Shown: positions 28,359 through 38,611 of the stretch, in pieces
How positions within the stretch are numbered: position 1 is the stretch's first letter
Layout of the letters: each line of letters starts with the position of its first letter
Position numbers and translations under genes: made by a program
Virus record (IMG/VR): IMGVR_UViG_3300047548_001122
Location: 150,238-214,237 of that record
Strand: one strand, 5' to 3'
DNA: 64,000 nt
The notes under the pieces: model-generated
What the model was told of the DNA's origin: nothing
The model's database searches: none
Seen by the model: only the letters and a program-made list of their open reading frames with translations

Positions 28359-28697
28359 ATGCCTTTATTTTCAGCAACAGATGCAAACACCGGTGCCCCA
28401 AAATGGGCAGTAGCTAGTGGTCTTGGTGTGTCTGCAAATGGATTTACATTATATGCAAACACCACTTCTGGTGCATACGTAAGTGGCGCAGCAGTTGGTG
28501 TTTTTGGTGTTAACGCAACAGAAATCGGTCTAGCAAATAATGCCTTAAATAAACCAGCACATACTGGTTGGGTATTAAGAACGCAAGGTACTGGTGGTCG
28601 TGCAGGTCGTATTCAAACTGAAGTTCTTGTAGCCGGCGGTATGAGTGCTGACACTTCAGCAACAGCTAACGACAACGTTGTTTACGCCAATACCTAA
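28359..28697 (+). CDS. Probable virion structural protein
   Basis: HTGWVLRT.GTGGRAGR.QTEVLVA motif; strong SD; late promoter. Confidence 0.6.
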   Translation: MPLFSATDANTGAPKWAVASGLGVSANGFTLYANTTSGAYVSGAAVGVFGVNATEIGLANNALNKPAHTGWVLRTQGTGGRAGRIQTEVLVAGGMSADTSATANDNVVYANT

Positions 28698-29116
28698 TGA
28701 GATACGAGGACGATAGCATCGAATCTGCTTCGACACCTAAAACCATTCAGGCAGGTCAAGCAATCGATGCACATGAACCATCAGGTGAGGATTCAATCTC
28801 AGCATTGAATCCGAACGTGATTACTGAAATCAATTTCAGACTCAGAAATGAACTGAATGAAATATTACTCAATGCCGATCAAGGTATTCAAAAAATAAGA
28901 AAGACCTTGCATCGGTATGGGTTTGATTTACCTGCTATTTACGAGGCAGATAGAGAAGGTGATGAACTAGTCATTGAATTAAATCAATTTGGATTCGATG
29001 ATATAGAGAGTAATATATACATTTTGTATTATATGACTGATAAAGGAGTTTATGAGTTTTATGCTGAAATTGGTGATGACGAACGTATGGATGAACTATT
29101 GTCCGACGGTATTTAA
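28697..29116 (+). CDS. Hypothetical acidic protein
   Basis: ORF coupled to the upstream gene. Confidence 0.6.
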   Translation: MRYEDDSIESASTPKTIQAGQAIDAHEPSGEDSISALNPNVITEINFRLRNELNEILLNADQGIQKIRKTLHRYGFDLPAIYEADREGDELVIELNQFGFDDIESNIYILYYMTDKGVYEFYAEIGDDERMDELLSDGI

Positions 29117-29127
29117 AAAGAAAAATA

Positions 29128-29520
29128 ATGGTTTTTGATAATTTGACTAGTGAAAATATAATGCTTTATGCAATGAAGATTTATGATAGACCAGATTGCA
29201 TCATGAGTGAGTTTAAAGAAGATATGAAACGATTCAACTATTTAAAAAGGTTGTTTCGTAGGTATAGAAAAATAGGTGAAATAAAAGAACGTTTAGTTCT
29301 GAATCACTTGGTTGTTCTTTATAACGTTTTTGGTGCTGAAGCAATGACCAGAATGTTATTTTTTAAAATGTCAAAAGATGACCTACCAATAGTAAAAACA
29401 TATCTTTTATTTTTAAGTTGTATGCCAGAAATTGTAAAGGGTATAAAAGGACAAGATATACTTTCTTCCGATATACCTGTTGATTTAAAGATAGCTGAAG
29501 TTTTAAGAGAAATAAAATGA
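29128..29520 (+). CDS. Conserved T4-like phage hypothetical protein
   Basis: EFKEDMKRFNYLKRLF..ERLVLNHLVVLYNVFG. Confidence 0.7.
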   Translation: MVFDNLTSENIMLYAMKIYDRPDCIMSEFKEDMKRFNYLKRLFRRYRKIGEIKERLVLNHLVVLYNVFGAEAMTRMLFFKMSKDDLPIVKTYLLFLSCMPEIVKGIKGQDILSSDIPVDLKIAEVLREIK

Positions 29521-29744
29521 CCAACGAATTTAAAAAACAATGTGGTGAAGGAATGTATTGGTGCAACACTGATAAAAAGTGTAAACCAATACAGGAAGAT
29601 ATGCCCACAAATAATGCTGGAGGTGGTGCTGTTGCAGGCATTGGTGTTGGTCCACAAGGTGAACCTGGTATAAACAAAAAGAAAAAAAGAAATTTAATCC
29701 CTTTAATGGCCTTTATGAGAAGAAAAGCAAATGTGGCTTCTTAG
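29517..29744 (+). CDS. Hypothetical two-module protein
   Basis: CxxGMYWCxxxKKCK module, IQE, then PTNNAGGGAVAG module. Confidence 0.6.
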   Translation: MTNEFKKQCGEGMYWCNTDKKCKPIQEDMPTNNAGGGAVAGIGVGPQGEPGINKKKKRNLIPLMAFMRRKANVAS

Positions 29745-30246
29745 TTTTTTATCGACAGAGTTTTTGGAGTATGTTGTTAATTCAGTATTGATTTTGGGTA
29801 TTGTTGGTACTATCGTAGGATTTTTTGGCGGCAAAATACCTTTTGTCGGGTCTTATTTAAATATTATTAAATATGTTTCTATTGTTCTATTCTGCATTGG
29901 TTTATATTGGAAAGGTGGAATGAGTGTAGAAAAAGAATGGCGTCAAAGAGTTGAAGAGATGGAAGCAAAAGTAAGAGCTGCCGAAGAAAAGTCAAAAGAA
30001 GTAAACACTGAAATAGAAACGAAAGTAGTTCAAAAAACTAAAGTAATCAGAGAAAAGGGTAAGATACAGATTGAATATATCAATCGTTTAGTTGAAGGTA
30101 AAACGGTTGAAATCGTAAAAGATATGAGTGCAGAAGAAAGAGCAGTTTTTGAAGCAAAACAAAAAGAATTATTAGATTCAATCAAAAATTGTCCAATACC
30201 TAGAATTATTATAGAAGAACATAATAAAGCGACAGAATCAAAATGA
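29731..30246 (+). CDS. Putative inner-membrane spanin (Rz-like)
   Basis: N-terminal TM segments plus coiled coil ending in Cys; directly followed by a lipoprotein. Confidence 0.6.
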   Translation: MWLLSFLSTEFLEYVVNSVLILGIVGTIVGFFGGKIPFVGSYLNIIKYVSIVLFCIGLYWKGGMSVEKEWRQRVEEMEAKVRAAEEKSKEVNTEIETKVVQKTKVIREKGKIQIEYINRLVEGKTVEIVKDMSAEERAVFEAKQKELLDSIKNCPIPRIIIEEHNKATESK

Positions 30247-30509
30247 AATCATACACTATTTTATTAAGTTTATTACTTGTTGGTTGTTCGACAACTGTAC
30301 CTGTCGTAGCAAAGTTTCCAGAAGCACCAAAATCTTTAACAGAAAATTGTTCACCGTTGAAAAAAATAGACGGTGAAACTGTTTCTATTGTAGATTTGCA
30401 CAAAGTTGTGGTTGAAAATTACACCACACATCATGAATGTGCCATAAAGGTAGAATCTTGGAATGAATGGTATATTAAACAGAAACAAATATTTGAGGAA
30501 ATAAAATGA
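30243..30509 (+). CDS. Putative outer-membrane spanin lipoprotein (Rz1-like)
   Basis: Lipobox LVGC, Pro-rich segment, two further Cys. Confidence 0.65.
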   Translation: MKSYTILLSLLLVGCSTTVPVVAKFPEAPKSLTENCSPLKKIDGETVSIVDLHKVVVENYTTHHECAIKVESWNEWYIKQKQIFEEIK

Positions 30510-30859
30510 AATATTTAATGATTGCAGTATTATCAATTTCTTTAATGGGTTGTACTACTATTAAAAAATATTGGCCAAGAGATCATGACCCCGTTATGTT
30601 TAGTCAGTTAGTTGAAATTGATAGAATGGTTGAAATGGTAGATTGTGAAAATCCTGATTGGCGTATGGCTGAAAATTTAAGTTCACATTTATCCAGATAT
30701 ACTGAATGGCGTCAAGACCCACAAGCGGAAAATATTAAAGGTTTACATTCTCATACTGTTCGTATGAGTAAAGGTGGCAGTAAAACGTTTTGTGAACTCG
30801 GTAAAAAAACTGCTGCACAAAGAATACAAGCAGCTAAAAGTGCATGGGAGGGAAGATAA
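30506..30859 (+). CDS. Lipoprotein
   Basis: Lipobox LMGC. Confidence 0.65.
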   Translation: MKYLMIAVLSISLMGCTTIKKYWPRDHDPVMFSQLVEIDRMVEMVDCENPDWRMAENLSSHLSRYTEWRQDPQAENIKGLHSHTVRMSKGGSKTFCELGKKTAAQRIQAAKSAWEGR

Positions 30860-31047
30860 TGCATCCATTAGAACAAGAAATACAAGCTCTTAATGAAGCT
30901 TATGAAAACGGTGATATAGACCGAAATGAAAGAGATTATTTGTTGCTCGAAATCAGAGATATTAGAGCAGCACAAGAATGTGCAGGTGACGAACAATTAG
31001 CAAGACAAATATTTCAAGCCTGCAATATAGCAATGGCAGTACTTTAA
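30859..31047 (+). CDS. Hypothetical protein
   Basis: Coupled ORF; YENGDI motif similar to the ORF at 38416. Confidence 0.55.
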   Translation: MHPLEQEIQALNEAYENGDIDRNERDYLLLEIRDIRAAQECAGDEQLARQIFQACNIAMAVL

Positions 31048-31113
31048 AATTATGCAACAGGAATCTTGTCCTATTTGTGGTGGCAAACATAAAAAATAAA
31101 GGATGAATTATCT

Positions 31114-31731
31114 ATGGAATTAACTAAAGAACAATTAAAACAATTATTACCAAAAAACCCATACATTAATCAATGGCACCATGCACTAAGTCAGTTATTA
31201 CCTGACTATGAAATCAATACTCCACAAAGAATTGCATCATTCATTGCACAATGCGCTCATGAATCTGGTAATTTTATTTTTCTTACAGAAAATCTAAACT
31301 ATAAAGCAGAAAGTCTAATGAAGGTATTTCCAAAATACTTCAAAGATATAACTACTGCAAAAGCTTATGAAAAGAAACCGGAAAAGATTGCAAACAAAAT
31401 TTATGCCAATCGCATGGGTAACGGCGACGAAACTAGTGGCGATGGTTGGCGTTATCGTGGACGTGGACTAATTCAATTGACTGGTAAAACAAATTATCAG
31501 TGGTTTGCTGCATCACTTGAAATTTCACCAGAAGAAGCCGCAGAATATACACAAACATTTGAAGGTGCTGCACAGTCAGCATGTTGGTTCTGGGAAACTA
31601 ATAAGTTAAACAATGAAGCTGACAAAGGTGATATTAAAGTAATGACTCGTAAAATCAATGGTGGTTTCATTGGACTAGAAGATCGTATTAAACACTATAA
31701 TCACGCTCTTCATGTTTTAGGAGTGCATTAA
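31114..31731 (+). CDS. Glycoside hydrolase family 19 endolysin
   Basis: FIAQCAHES..ENLNY..YRGRGLIQLTGKTNY..SACWFW..TRKINGG. Confidence 0.93.
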   Translation: MELTKEQLKQLLPKNPYINQWHHALSQLLPDYEINTPQRIASFIAQCAHESGNFIFLTENLNYKAESLMKVFPKYFKDITTAKAYEKKPEKIANKIYANRMGNGDETSGDGWRYRGRGLIQLTGKTNYQWFAASLEISPEEAAEYTQTFEGAAQSACWFWETNKLNNEADKGDIKVMTRKINGGFIGLEDRIKHYNHALHVLGVH

Positions 31732-31973
31732 TGAAATATCTAGCAATTTTATTTTTACCACTATTGGTGGCATGTCAAGAAAATTATCGTTATCCTTGCC
31801 AGGACCCCGATAATTGGGAAAAGAAAGAATGTCAAAAACCTTATTGTAGCGCAAACGGAACTTGTCCTGAAGATTTAACTCCATATGAAAAAGATAAAGT
31901 TGGAGGATTACCAGGAAATACAAATATAACACAGCCTGCACAACAGATGCCAAAAAAAGGAGAATGTAAATGA
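31731..31973 (+). CDS. Cys-rich lipoprotein
   Basis: Lipobox LVAC; YRYPCQDP..C..C..CP. Confidence 0.7.
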   Translation: MKYLAILFLPLLVACQENYRYPCQDPDNWEKKECQKPYCSANGTCPEDLTPYEKDKVGGLPGNTNITQPAQQMPKKGECK

Positions 31974-32449
31974 TTAACGAATTATGGTCAGGAGAAAGAT
32001 ACACAACTGAAGAATTAAATGCTCGTTTGAAATTTTTTATTGGTATTGTTTTGGGCTTGACTTTATTTGGTATTGTTTTCGTTGTTCTCTACAGTCTTAT
32101 TTTCGTAACTCAGCCAATGAATGGTATGAGTCCTGTTGATAACAAGTTCTTTGAATTGATTATTCCAATTGCTACATTTTTAACAGGTACACTGTCAGGC
32201 ATCATGTTGGCGGGTGACGATAAAGAATTAAGAGCAAAGGCTATTGATGCTGCAAACAAACCTTATACACCACCTCCATCACCACCATCAGTAACACCAA
32301 AAGTTGGTTCATCGTTTACACCAAGCGCTGCACCAGTTTCAAGTTCTTTTGATACTGTGATGAACAGTGTACCTTCATTTGTCGCAAGTGAAGTTTCAGG
32401 ATTTGGTGGTAAACCAGCACCATCACAACCAGAACATCCGGAGAAATAA
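31970..32449 (+). CDS. Two-TM membrane protein (holin-like)
   Basis: Two hydrophobic helices, Pro/Ser-rich tail, adjacent to endolysin. Confidence 0.55.
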   Translation: MINELWSGERYTTEELNARLKFFIGIVLGLTLFGIVFVVLYSLIFVTQPMNGMSPVDNKFFELIIPIATFLTGTLSGIMLAGDDKELRAKAIDAANKPYTPPPSPPSVTPKVGSSFTPSAAPVSSSFDTVMNSVPSFVASEVSGFGGKPAPSQPEHPEK

Positions 32450-32673
32450 TGAACTTTTTCACCAAAATGCTCTCAGGAGAAGGTGAAAATAATCCAAGTA
32501 GTAAGAGAGTAATTACGTTTTTAGCTTTCTTATTACTTGCTGTTGGATTTATTGCAGAAATGTTTTTTGAAAAAAAAGTAAACCCTACTACATATGAATA
32601 CATGATGTATATTGTCATAGGTGGTTTAGGGTTTACTGCATCTGAAAAATTTACTAAAAAGGATACAAAATGA
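32449..32673 (+). CDS. Small two-TM holin-like protein
   Basis: SSKRVITF + 2 TMs + basic C-terminus. Confidence 0.55.
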   Translation: MNFFTKMLSGEGENNPSSKRVITFLAFLLLAVGFIAEMFFEKKVNPTTYEYMMYIVIGGLGFTASEKFTKKDTK

Positions 32674-32858
32674 AAAGATTACTAACTATTGCTTTACTAG
32701 CATTGATGCCTTTAGCCTATGCGGATTGTCATGCTGCCGAAGAAAAAAAAGTTTGCGTTAAAGAGTTCGATAACAAAACTAAAAAAGAAAAAGAAGTTTG
32801 CAAAACTATCAAAGTTCATAAGAAACTTGAAGGCACAAAGATTCCTGATAAAAAATAA
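32670..32858 (+). CDS. Small secreted basic protein
   Basis: Signal peptide (AYA), two KxVC motifs. Confidence 0.6.
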   Translation: MKRLLTIALLALMPLAYADCHAAEEKKVCVKEFDNKTKKEKEVCKTIKVHKKLEGTKIPDKK

Positions 32859-32868
32859 AGGTTAAGTA

Positions 32869-33609
32869 ATGCCACTCACTAGAATAACTACCGAAAATAT
32901 CTCCAATACTGCTATTGGGATACAGGATTTAAATGCGGATACAGTAAATTCGTTAATGTCTACTTCCAATTCTGCGTTAAGTATTGCCACTAGTGCTAAT
33001 TCCAATACTGGCGTTGTATCTGGAACATATGGAGGTATAGCTATAAATCCAATAATAGTGACAGATTCTAGAGGAAAAATAACTTCCGCTACAAATGGTG
33101 TTGGTTTTTTACTTTATAGGTTAAATGATAATATTGTTGGTAGTAATGCTACAGGAAATCAAAAAGTTTTTGATAAGGCTGTAACATTAGAGGGTAGTAC
33201 ACAATATGAAATAGAAGCTCAATACGCATTTTCCAAAACATCTGGCACCACTAGTCATAACTTTCAAATAGGATTTGGTGGAACAGCAACACTTAATAAC
33301 ATAGCATATCATACTTCCTTTAAATATAATACTGGTAGTTTTACTTCAGCTCCAACAACAGACAGTTTGCACTCATTTATACAAGTTCCAACTCAAACTA
33401 CAATTTTATCAGGATTAACTTCTGCTGCTGCATACATAGTAATCTCAATTAGAGGAACAGTTTCAATAAATGAAGCGGGAACTTTTCAACCAAATTATAG
33501 TTTGACTACTGCTCCAGGCGGAGCTTACACTGTTGCTTTAGGAAGTTATATTAAACTCACTAAAATAGGATCCGCTGGTTCTGATGTTGTTATTGGAACT
33601 TGGGCATAA
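32869..33609 (+). CDS. Tail-fibre/virion appendage-like protein
   Basis: SGTYGG..TDSRGKITSATN fibre motif; Ser/Thr/Gly-rich beta C-terminus. Confidence 0.6.
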   Translation: MPLTRITTENISNTAIGIQDLNADTVNSLMSTSNSALSIATSANSNTGVVSGTYGGIAINPIIVTDSRGKITSATNGVGFLLYRLNDNIVGSNATGNQKVFDKAVTLEGSTQYEIEAQYAFSKTSGTTSHNFQIGFGGTATLNNIAYHTSFKYNTGSFTSAPTTDSLHSFIQVPTQTTILSGLTSAAAYIVISIRGTVSINEAGTFQPNYSLTTAPGGAYTVALGSYIKLTKIGSAGSDVVIGTWA

Positions 33610-33623
33610 TTAATAGGGAAAAA

Positions 33624-33989
33624 ATGGCACATTTTGCACAATTGAATGAAGAAAATAAAGTTATTCAAGTTATCGTAGTTCACAATAATGAACTAATGCT
33701 TGATGGTGAAGAAAACGAAACAAAAGGAATTTTGTTTTGTAAATCTCTATTTGGTGAAGAAACTAAATGGAAACAAACGAGTTATAATGGAACTTTTAGA
33801 AAAAATTATGCTGGAATAGATTACACATATGATGCGGTCAAAGATGCTTTTATCCCACCAAAACCATATAATTCTTGGTCACTAAACGAAACAACATGTT
33901 TGTGGGAAGCACCTACACCATATCCTACTGATGGCCAACCTTATATTTGGAATGAAGAAACAACCAGCTGGGTACTAGTTGCAGAATGA
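33624..33989 (+). CDS. Fibre-associated conserved phage protein
   Basis: MAHFAQL..VIQVIVV..WKQTSYN..RKNYAGI..DAFIPPKPY. Confidence 0.65.
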   Translation: MAHFAQLNEENKVIQVIVVHNNELMLDGEENETKGILFCKSLFGEETKWKQTSYNGTFRKNYAGIDYTYDAVKDAFIPPKPYNSWSLNETTCLWEAPTPYPTDGQPYIWNEETTSWVLVAE

Positions 33990-34354
33990 CAACATACATA
34001 AACAGCGGTAACATAGAACAAACAGCAGTCGATGAATTTGTTAAACCAAAAATAACATCGATCACTGTTACAAATAGTAGCTATGTTGCCACTGGAGCTA
34101 ACACCGTATCAACAAGTGGTGGATACGTACAAATAGTCGGATCAAGTTTTAGTAGTCCGATGCAAGTGTTTTTGGACCCAATAGGAACAAATAGAGTAGA
34201 AACTACAACATCAGCAACAGCAGTAACGTATGTAAGTTCCACAACAATTAATGTGCAACTACCAGCAAAAGCAGCAGGAAATTATACATGTTTTATTGTG
34301 AGAACATCAGATGGTCAATTCGCAACAAAAATTAACGGCATAAGATACGCATAA
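33986..34354 (+). CDS. IPT/TIG (Ig-like) domain protein
   Basis: PKITSI..GGYVQIVGSSF..TYVSSTTINVQLPA..GNY. Confidence 0.7.
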   Translation: MTTYINSGNIEQTAVDEFVKPKITSITVTNSSYVATGANTVSTSGGYVQIVGSSFSSPMQVFLDPIGTNRVETTTSATAVTYVSSTTINVQLPAKAAGNYTCFIVRTSDGQFATKINGIRYA

Positions 34355-34357
34355 AAA

Positions 34358-37300
34358 ATGACACAAAAAATATCCTCAGTAAACATTGAAGCTGCGACAC
34401 TGGCATCTTTTTCTGGACCAACAATTGCAAATGTTTCTATTGCGAATTCAACATATACAATATTAGATGATACAGCAGTTTCAAATGCTGGAGGTTATGT
34501 CGTCATCACTGGTAGTAACTTTCAATCAGGCGCTCAAGTTTTATTTGGAAGCACTTCAGCATGTACGGTTACTTTTGTAGATTCGACTCAACTGAATGTT
34601 CAAGTTCCCGCATTAACATCTGGTAGTTATGTGGTGTATGTACAAAATGGTGATGGTTCAACAGCAATTAAATTAAATGGTATTACATCAAGTCCAATAC
34701 CAGTTTGGTCAACAGATAGTACTTTAACACAACAAGATTCTGGCGCAGTAATTAGTATTTCTTTGGCAGCACCATCCGATTCAAATGTTACATATTCTCT
34801 TGCACAAGGAAGTTCTTTACCAAGTGGAACCACACTAGCAGCAAATGGATTGTTTAGTGGTACAGTTACAATAGAAAATGAAACGACTTACAATTTTACG
34901 GTTAATGCAATCGATGATGAAAATCAAGATGCTTCGAGGTCGTTTAGTATCACAATTGCAACTGGAGACCCATACTACTATCTCACAACTCTACATTTAT
35001 CCGGCGAAACACCCGCAAATAATTGGTTAACTGATGTAAGTACAAATAATTTTGCATTAACTGTAAATGGTGATGCAAAGCCAACATCATTTAGTCCATA
35101 TGAAACCAATTGGGGCGTTTACTTCGATGGATCGGATGATTATGTTTATGCAGCAGCAAACGCTGCCTTTGATTTACCTGGAGATTTCACAATCGAATGT
35201 TGGGCTAATTTTAGCAATTTAGGAGGAAACAGATTACTAATTGATACTTATATTGCTGGAGATAATGCATCTTATCAGTTATACTGGAGAACCACAGGAA
35301 GTTCAATCGTATTTTATACTCCTGGTGATGGCGTCATTTTACAGGATCCATCATCCTCAACAGTTGTGATAAACAAGTGGTATCATATTGCTGTTGTAAG
35401 AAGTGGTACAACAGCAAAACTTTATATTGATGGTCAAGAAAAAGCGTCAGCAACACTGACTAGAGATTTAACACATGGAAATGATCTTGCGTTAGGTATT
35501 CAGAAAACTTCACTTACTAATGATTTAACTGGATATATTTCTAACGTTCGTATTGTAAAAGGTACGGCGGTCTATACCTCAAACTTCACACCATCAACAT
35601 CACCATTAACAGCAATATCAGGTACAACTTTCTTGGCATGTCAATCCAATAGATTTGTTGACAATAGCACTAATAACCTTCCTCTTATTGTTAGTGGCAC
35701 AGTAAATACAACTAGTTATGGTCCATTTACAGAAACAGATTTAGTAACTGGTAGTGCATATTTTGATGGTTCTGGAGATTATTTAACTGCTTCTGCTAAC
35801 TCCAGTTTAGCTATGGGAACAGGAGATTTTACAGTAGAATTTTGGATCAATCTTAATGTATCTCAATCATCAGATGTTATTACTTTATCCCCCGGCGGTT
35901 GGTCGATTATTCTGTTCTCGGGAGATTTGTATTTTCAAACAGGTCGCGGCGGCGGAAGTTTAAATAATTATTTCACTGTAGGAACATATATTCCATATAA
36001 ATCTTGGGGACACGTTGCATATGTTAGGTCTGGTGGTACTGGAAGATTTTATGCGAATGGTGTAGCGGTGGGAACGCCTGTTGCCGACTCTACGAATTAT
36101 TCTTCAACACAAACTTCTGTTTTAATAGGCGGAGGTGCAAGTCCTGCTTACGGAGCATTAGCAGGTTATATTTCAAACATTCGCATAGTAAAAGGTGTTG
36201 CTTTATATACCGGCAACTTTACACCTCCTGTAAACACTTTAGTTCTAACTGGATCATCACCTTACTCCAATACAACAAACGTAAACACTACATTTAGTTC
36301 ATCTAACACCAGTCTGCTAACACTACAAAACAGATTTGGTGAAAACAATAATCGTTTTGTTGATACATCTGGAACCAATAATATTATTACAAGAGTTGGC
36401 AATTCAACACAAGGTACATTTAGTCCGTTCAGTAAAACTGGTTGGAGTAATTATTTTGATGGTACAGGAGATTATGTTACATTTTCTAACTCATCACAAT
36501 TTGCATTTGGCACAGGACCATTTACCATTGAATTTTGGATTAATGCTCCTTTAAATAATGATAAGTTTATTTTAGGAGGAAGAACCGCAATCGGAACGAT
36601 GCATATTACTACTGGAGGTTTTAGTAGTACCGCTGGAGTTTTAAGATATGTTGGTTCGTCAACGATTGTAAGCTCGAATGTTATCACTGACAATACATGG
36701 CACCATTGTGCAATAGTTCGAGATGGAAGTAATAACATTACATTATACGTGGATGGCGTATCTGTTGGAACTGGAACTGATACTACAAACTATACTACTA
36801 CTAGTGGAGAATGGAAAATTGGATCAAATGATAATTTTGCCGGTAGTAATTTACTAACAGGTTATTTGTCCAATATGCGTATCATAAAAGGTACCGCACT
36901 TTATACATCCACATTCACACCATCAACAACTTCACTAACAGCAATTGCAAACACTAGTCTATTAACGTGTCAATCAAATCAATTTGCTGATAGTAGCAAC
37001 AACAATTTAACTTTAACTGTCAATGGTAATCCTAGCGTTCAACCATTCAGTGCATTTAAACCAACTTCTGAATGGTCATTAAGTACAGTTGGTGGTAGTA
37101 TGTATTTTGATGGGTCTGGAGATTATTTGTCGTGTCCAAACAATGCAAATTTAAATCCAAACACTAATGATTTTATTATGGAAGCTTGGGTTTACATTAC
37201 TGGAACAACAGGGTCGAATCAAGGATTTAATGGAAAAGGAACAGCGGGTACCGATGGATACAGTTTTTACATAACAAATTCTCTTGTTCTGTCTTTCATA

Positions 37301-38257
37301 TGGAATGGAACAGGAGGAGCAACAATCACAGCTGGAACATTAAAATTGAACAATTGGCATCATGTAGCTGTAGTTAGAAACAGTGATGTCATTCGACTAT
37401 ATTTGGATGGCGTTGGTGCAGGTAGTTCTACTAGTTGCACCACAGATATAACCACCACCGGTATAAAATATATTGGACAAGCAAGAGGTGCCAATGTAAT
37501 GAAAGGATACATGTCGGGTTATCGAATGATAAAAGGTAATTTGCCAGCTGGTTATGATGCAACATCTAGCACCATCACTGTTCCGCCAGCGCCACCAGAA
37601 GTAGTTAAATCATCTTCTCTAATACTTGGTGGAACTAATGGTGGCATTATAGATTATACAACAAAAAATAATTATGAAACTGTAGGTAATGTACAGCTGA
37701 GAAATAACATTGTAAAGTATGGAAATAGTTCAATGTATTTTGATGGAAATGGAGATTTTCTTTTACTTGGAAACACAAATCTAATAACATTTAATGGTTC
37801 TTCCACATTCACAGTAGAAGGATGGTTTTATCAAACTGCATATGATTCTACCTCAGGATTTATGAATAATGTGGTAGGAGACTTAACACCAAATGGCACT
37901 TATGGTGATGCGCTTTATTGGTCAATAGGTATGAATTCAGCAAATAAACCTGCCATTAGATGGTATGGAGGTCCTACGGTGTGTGATGCTACGAATGCTT
38001 TATCTTTGAATACGTGGAATCATGTTGCTTGGGTTGTGAGTAATGGAGCAGTTAAAATTTTCATAAATGGTGTACAAGAAACTTTAACGGGTACAACAAC
38101 TATAACAGCCGCAGCAGGTTCAGTGGGATATCTTGTTCTTGGCGCTGATAGGGGAAAATATTATACTGGTTATATTGACGATCTTCGCATTACTAATGGA
38201 TATGCACGTTATACATCCAACTTTACGCCGCCAACAACAGCATTCAAATTAAAATAA
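34358..38257 (+). CDS. Large adhesin: Ig/TIG domains + five LamG/concanavalin-A-like repeats
   Basis: Five YFDGxxD[YF] .. W[YGHN]H[IVC]A.V .. GY..xxRI repeats; N-terminal TIG and Ig-like domains. Confidence 0.85.
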   Translation: MTQKISSVNIEAATLASFSGPTIANVSIANSTYTILDDTAVSNAGGYVVITGSNFQSGAQVLFGSTSACTVTFVDSTQLNVQVPALTSGSYVVYVQNGDGSTAIKLNGITSSPIPVWSTDSTLTQQDSGAVISISLAAPSDSNVTYSLAQGSSLPSGTTLAANGLFSGTVTIENETTYNFTVNAIDDENQDASRSFSITIATGDPYYYLTTLHLSGETPANNWLTDVSTNNFALTVNGDAKPTSFSPYETNWGVYFDGSDDYVYAAANAAFDLPGDFTIECWANFSNLGGNRLLIDTYIAGDNASYQLYWRTTGSSIVFYTPGDGVILQDPSSSTVVINKWYHIAVVRSGTTAKLYIDGQEKASATLTRDLTHGNDLALGIQKTSLTNDLTGYISNVRIVKGTAVYTSNFTPSTSPLTAISGTTFLACQSNRFVDNSTNNLPLIVSGTVNTTSYGPFTETDLVTGSAYFDGSGDYLTASANSSLAMGTGDFTVEFWINLNVSQSSDVITLSPGGWSIILFSGDLYFQTGRGGGSLNNYFTVGTYIPYKSWGHVAYVRSGGTGRFYANGVAVGTPVADSTNYSSTQTSVLIGGGASPAYGALAGYISNIRIVKGVALYTGNFTPPVNTLVLTGSSPYSNTTNVNTTFSSSNTSLLTLQNRFGENNNRFVDTSGTNNIITRVGNSTQGTFSPFSKTGWSNYFDGTGDYVTFSNSSQFAFGTGPFTIEFWINAPLNNDKFILGGRTAIGTMHITTGGFSSTAGVLRYVGSSTIVSSNVITDNTWHHCAIVRDGSNNITLYVDGVSVGTGTDTTNYTTTSGEWKIGSNDNFAGSNLLTGYLSNMRIIKGTALYTSTFTPSTTSLTAIANTSLLTCQSNQFADSSNNNLTLTVNGNPSVQPFSAFKPTSEWSLSTVGGSMYFDGSGDYLSCPNNANLNPNTNDFIMEAWVYITGTTGSNQGFNGKGTAGTDGYSFYITNSLVLSFIWNGTGGATITAGTLKLNNWHHVAVVRNSDVIRLYLDGVGAGSSTSCTTDITTTGIKYIGQARGANVMKGYMSGYRMIKGNLPAGYDATSSTITVPPAPPEVVKSSSLILGGTNGGIIDYTTKNNYETVGNVQLRNNIVKYGNSSMYFDGNGDFLLLGNTNLITFNGSSTFTVEGWFYQTAYDSTSGFMNNVVGDLTPNGTYGDALYWSIGMNSANKPAIRWYGGPTVCDATNALSLNTWNHVAWVVSNGAVKIFINGVQETLTGTTTITAAAGSVGYLVLGADRGKYYTGYIDDLRITNGYARYTSNFTPPTTAFKLK

Positions 38258-38387
38258 TATGTGGGCACTGAATACATTTTTCTTTTTTATTATATTGATC
38301 GCTATAAGAACTGGTGAACTTTTTGCTTTAATTCCTAGTCTTATCGTTTATATTATACTCCTAACAGTTTGGGAAAATCAAATAAAA

Positions 38388-38395
38388 GATAAATA
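38388..38395 (+). promoter_or_regulatory. T4-type late promoter
   Basis: GATAAATA before ORF 38416. Confidence 0.5.
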
Positions 38396-38415
38396 CTAGT
38401 TAAACGGAGAAAACG

Positions 38416-38610
38416 ATGAGTCCCAAAATGATCGAAGCTGCTTTTCAAGGAGCTAAACAAATGTATGAATCAGGTGATGTCACTAGAGATGATTACTTAA
38501 AGATGTTAAAAAGCATCGATACGGAAAAAATACCTTCCACCACCGAAAACGATACCAAAAAACAAGAATTGAGAACTTTGATTGATGATGCTATTTTATC
38601 GGTAGAATAA
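38416..38610 (+). CDS. Hypothetical protein
   Basis: GGAG SD; YESGDV motif. Confidence 0.6.
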   Translation: MSPKMIEAAFQGAKQMYESGDVTRDDYLKMLKSIDTEKIPSTTENDTKKQELRTLIDDAILSVE

Positions 38611-38611
38611 A

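Noticed and set aside
34358-38257. Diversity-generating retroelement target repeats
   Set aside because: The repeats are diverged LamG domains; no reverse transcriptase or near-identical template/variable pair is visible.
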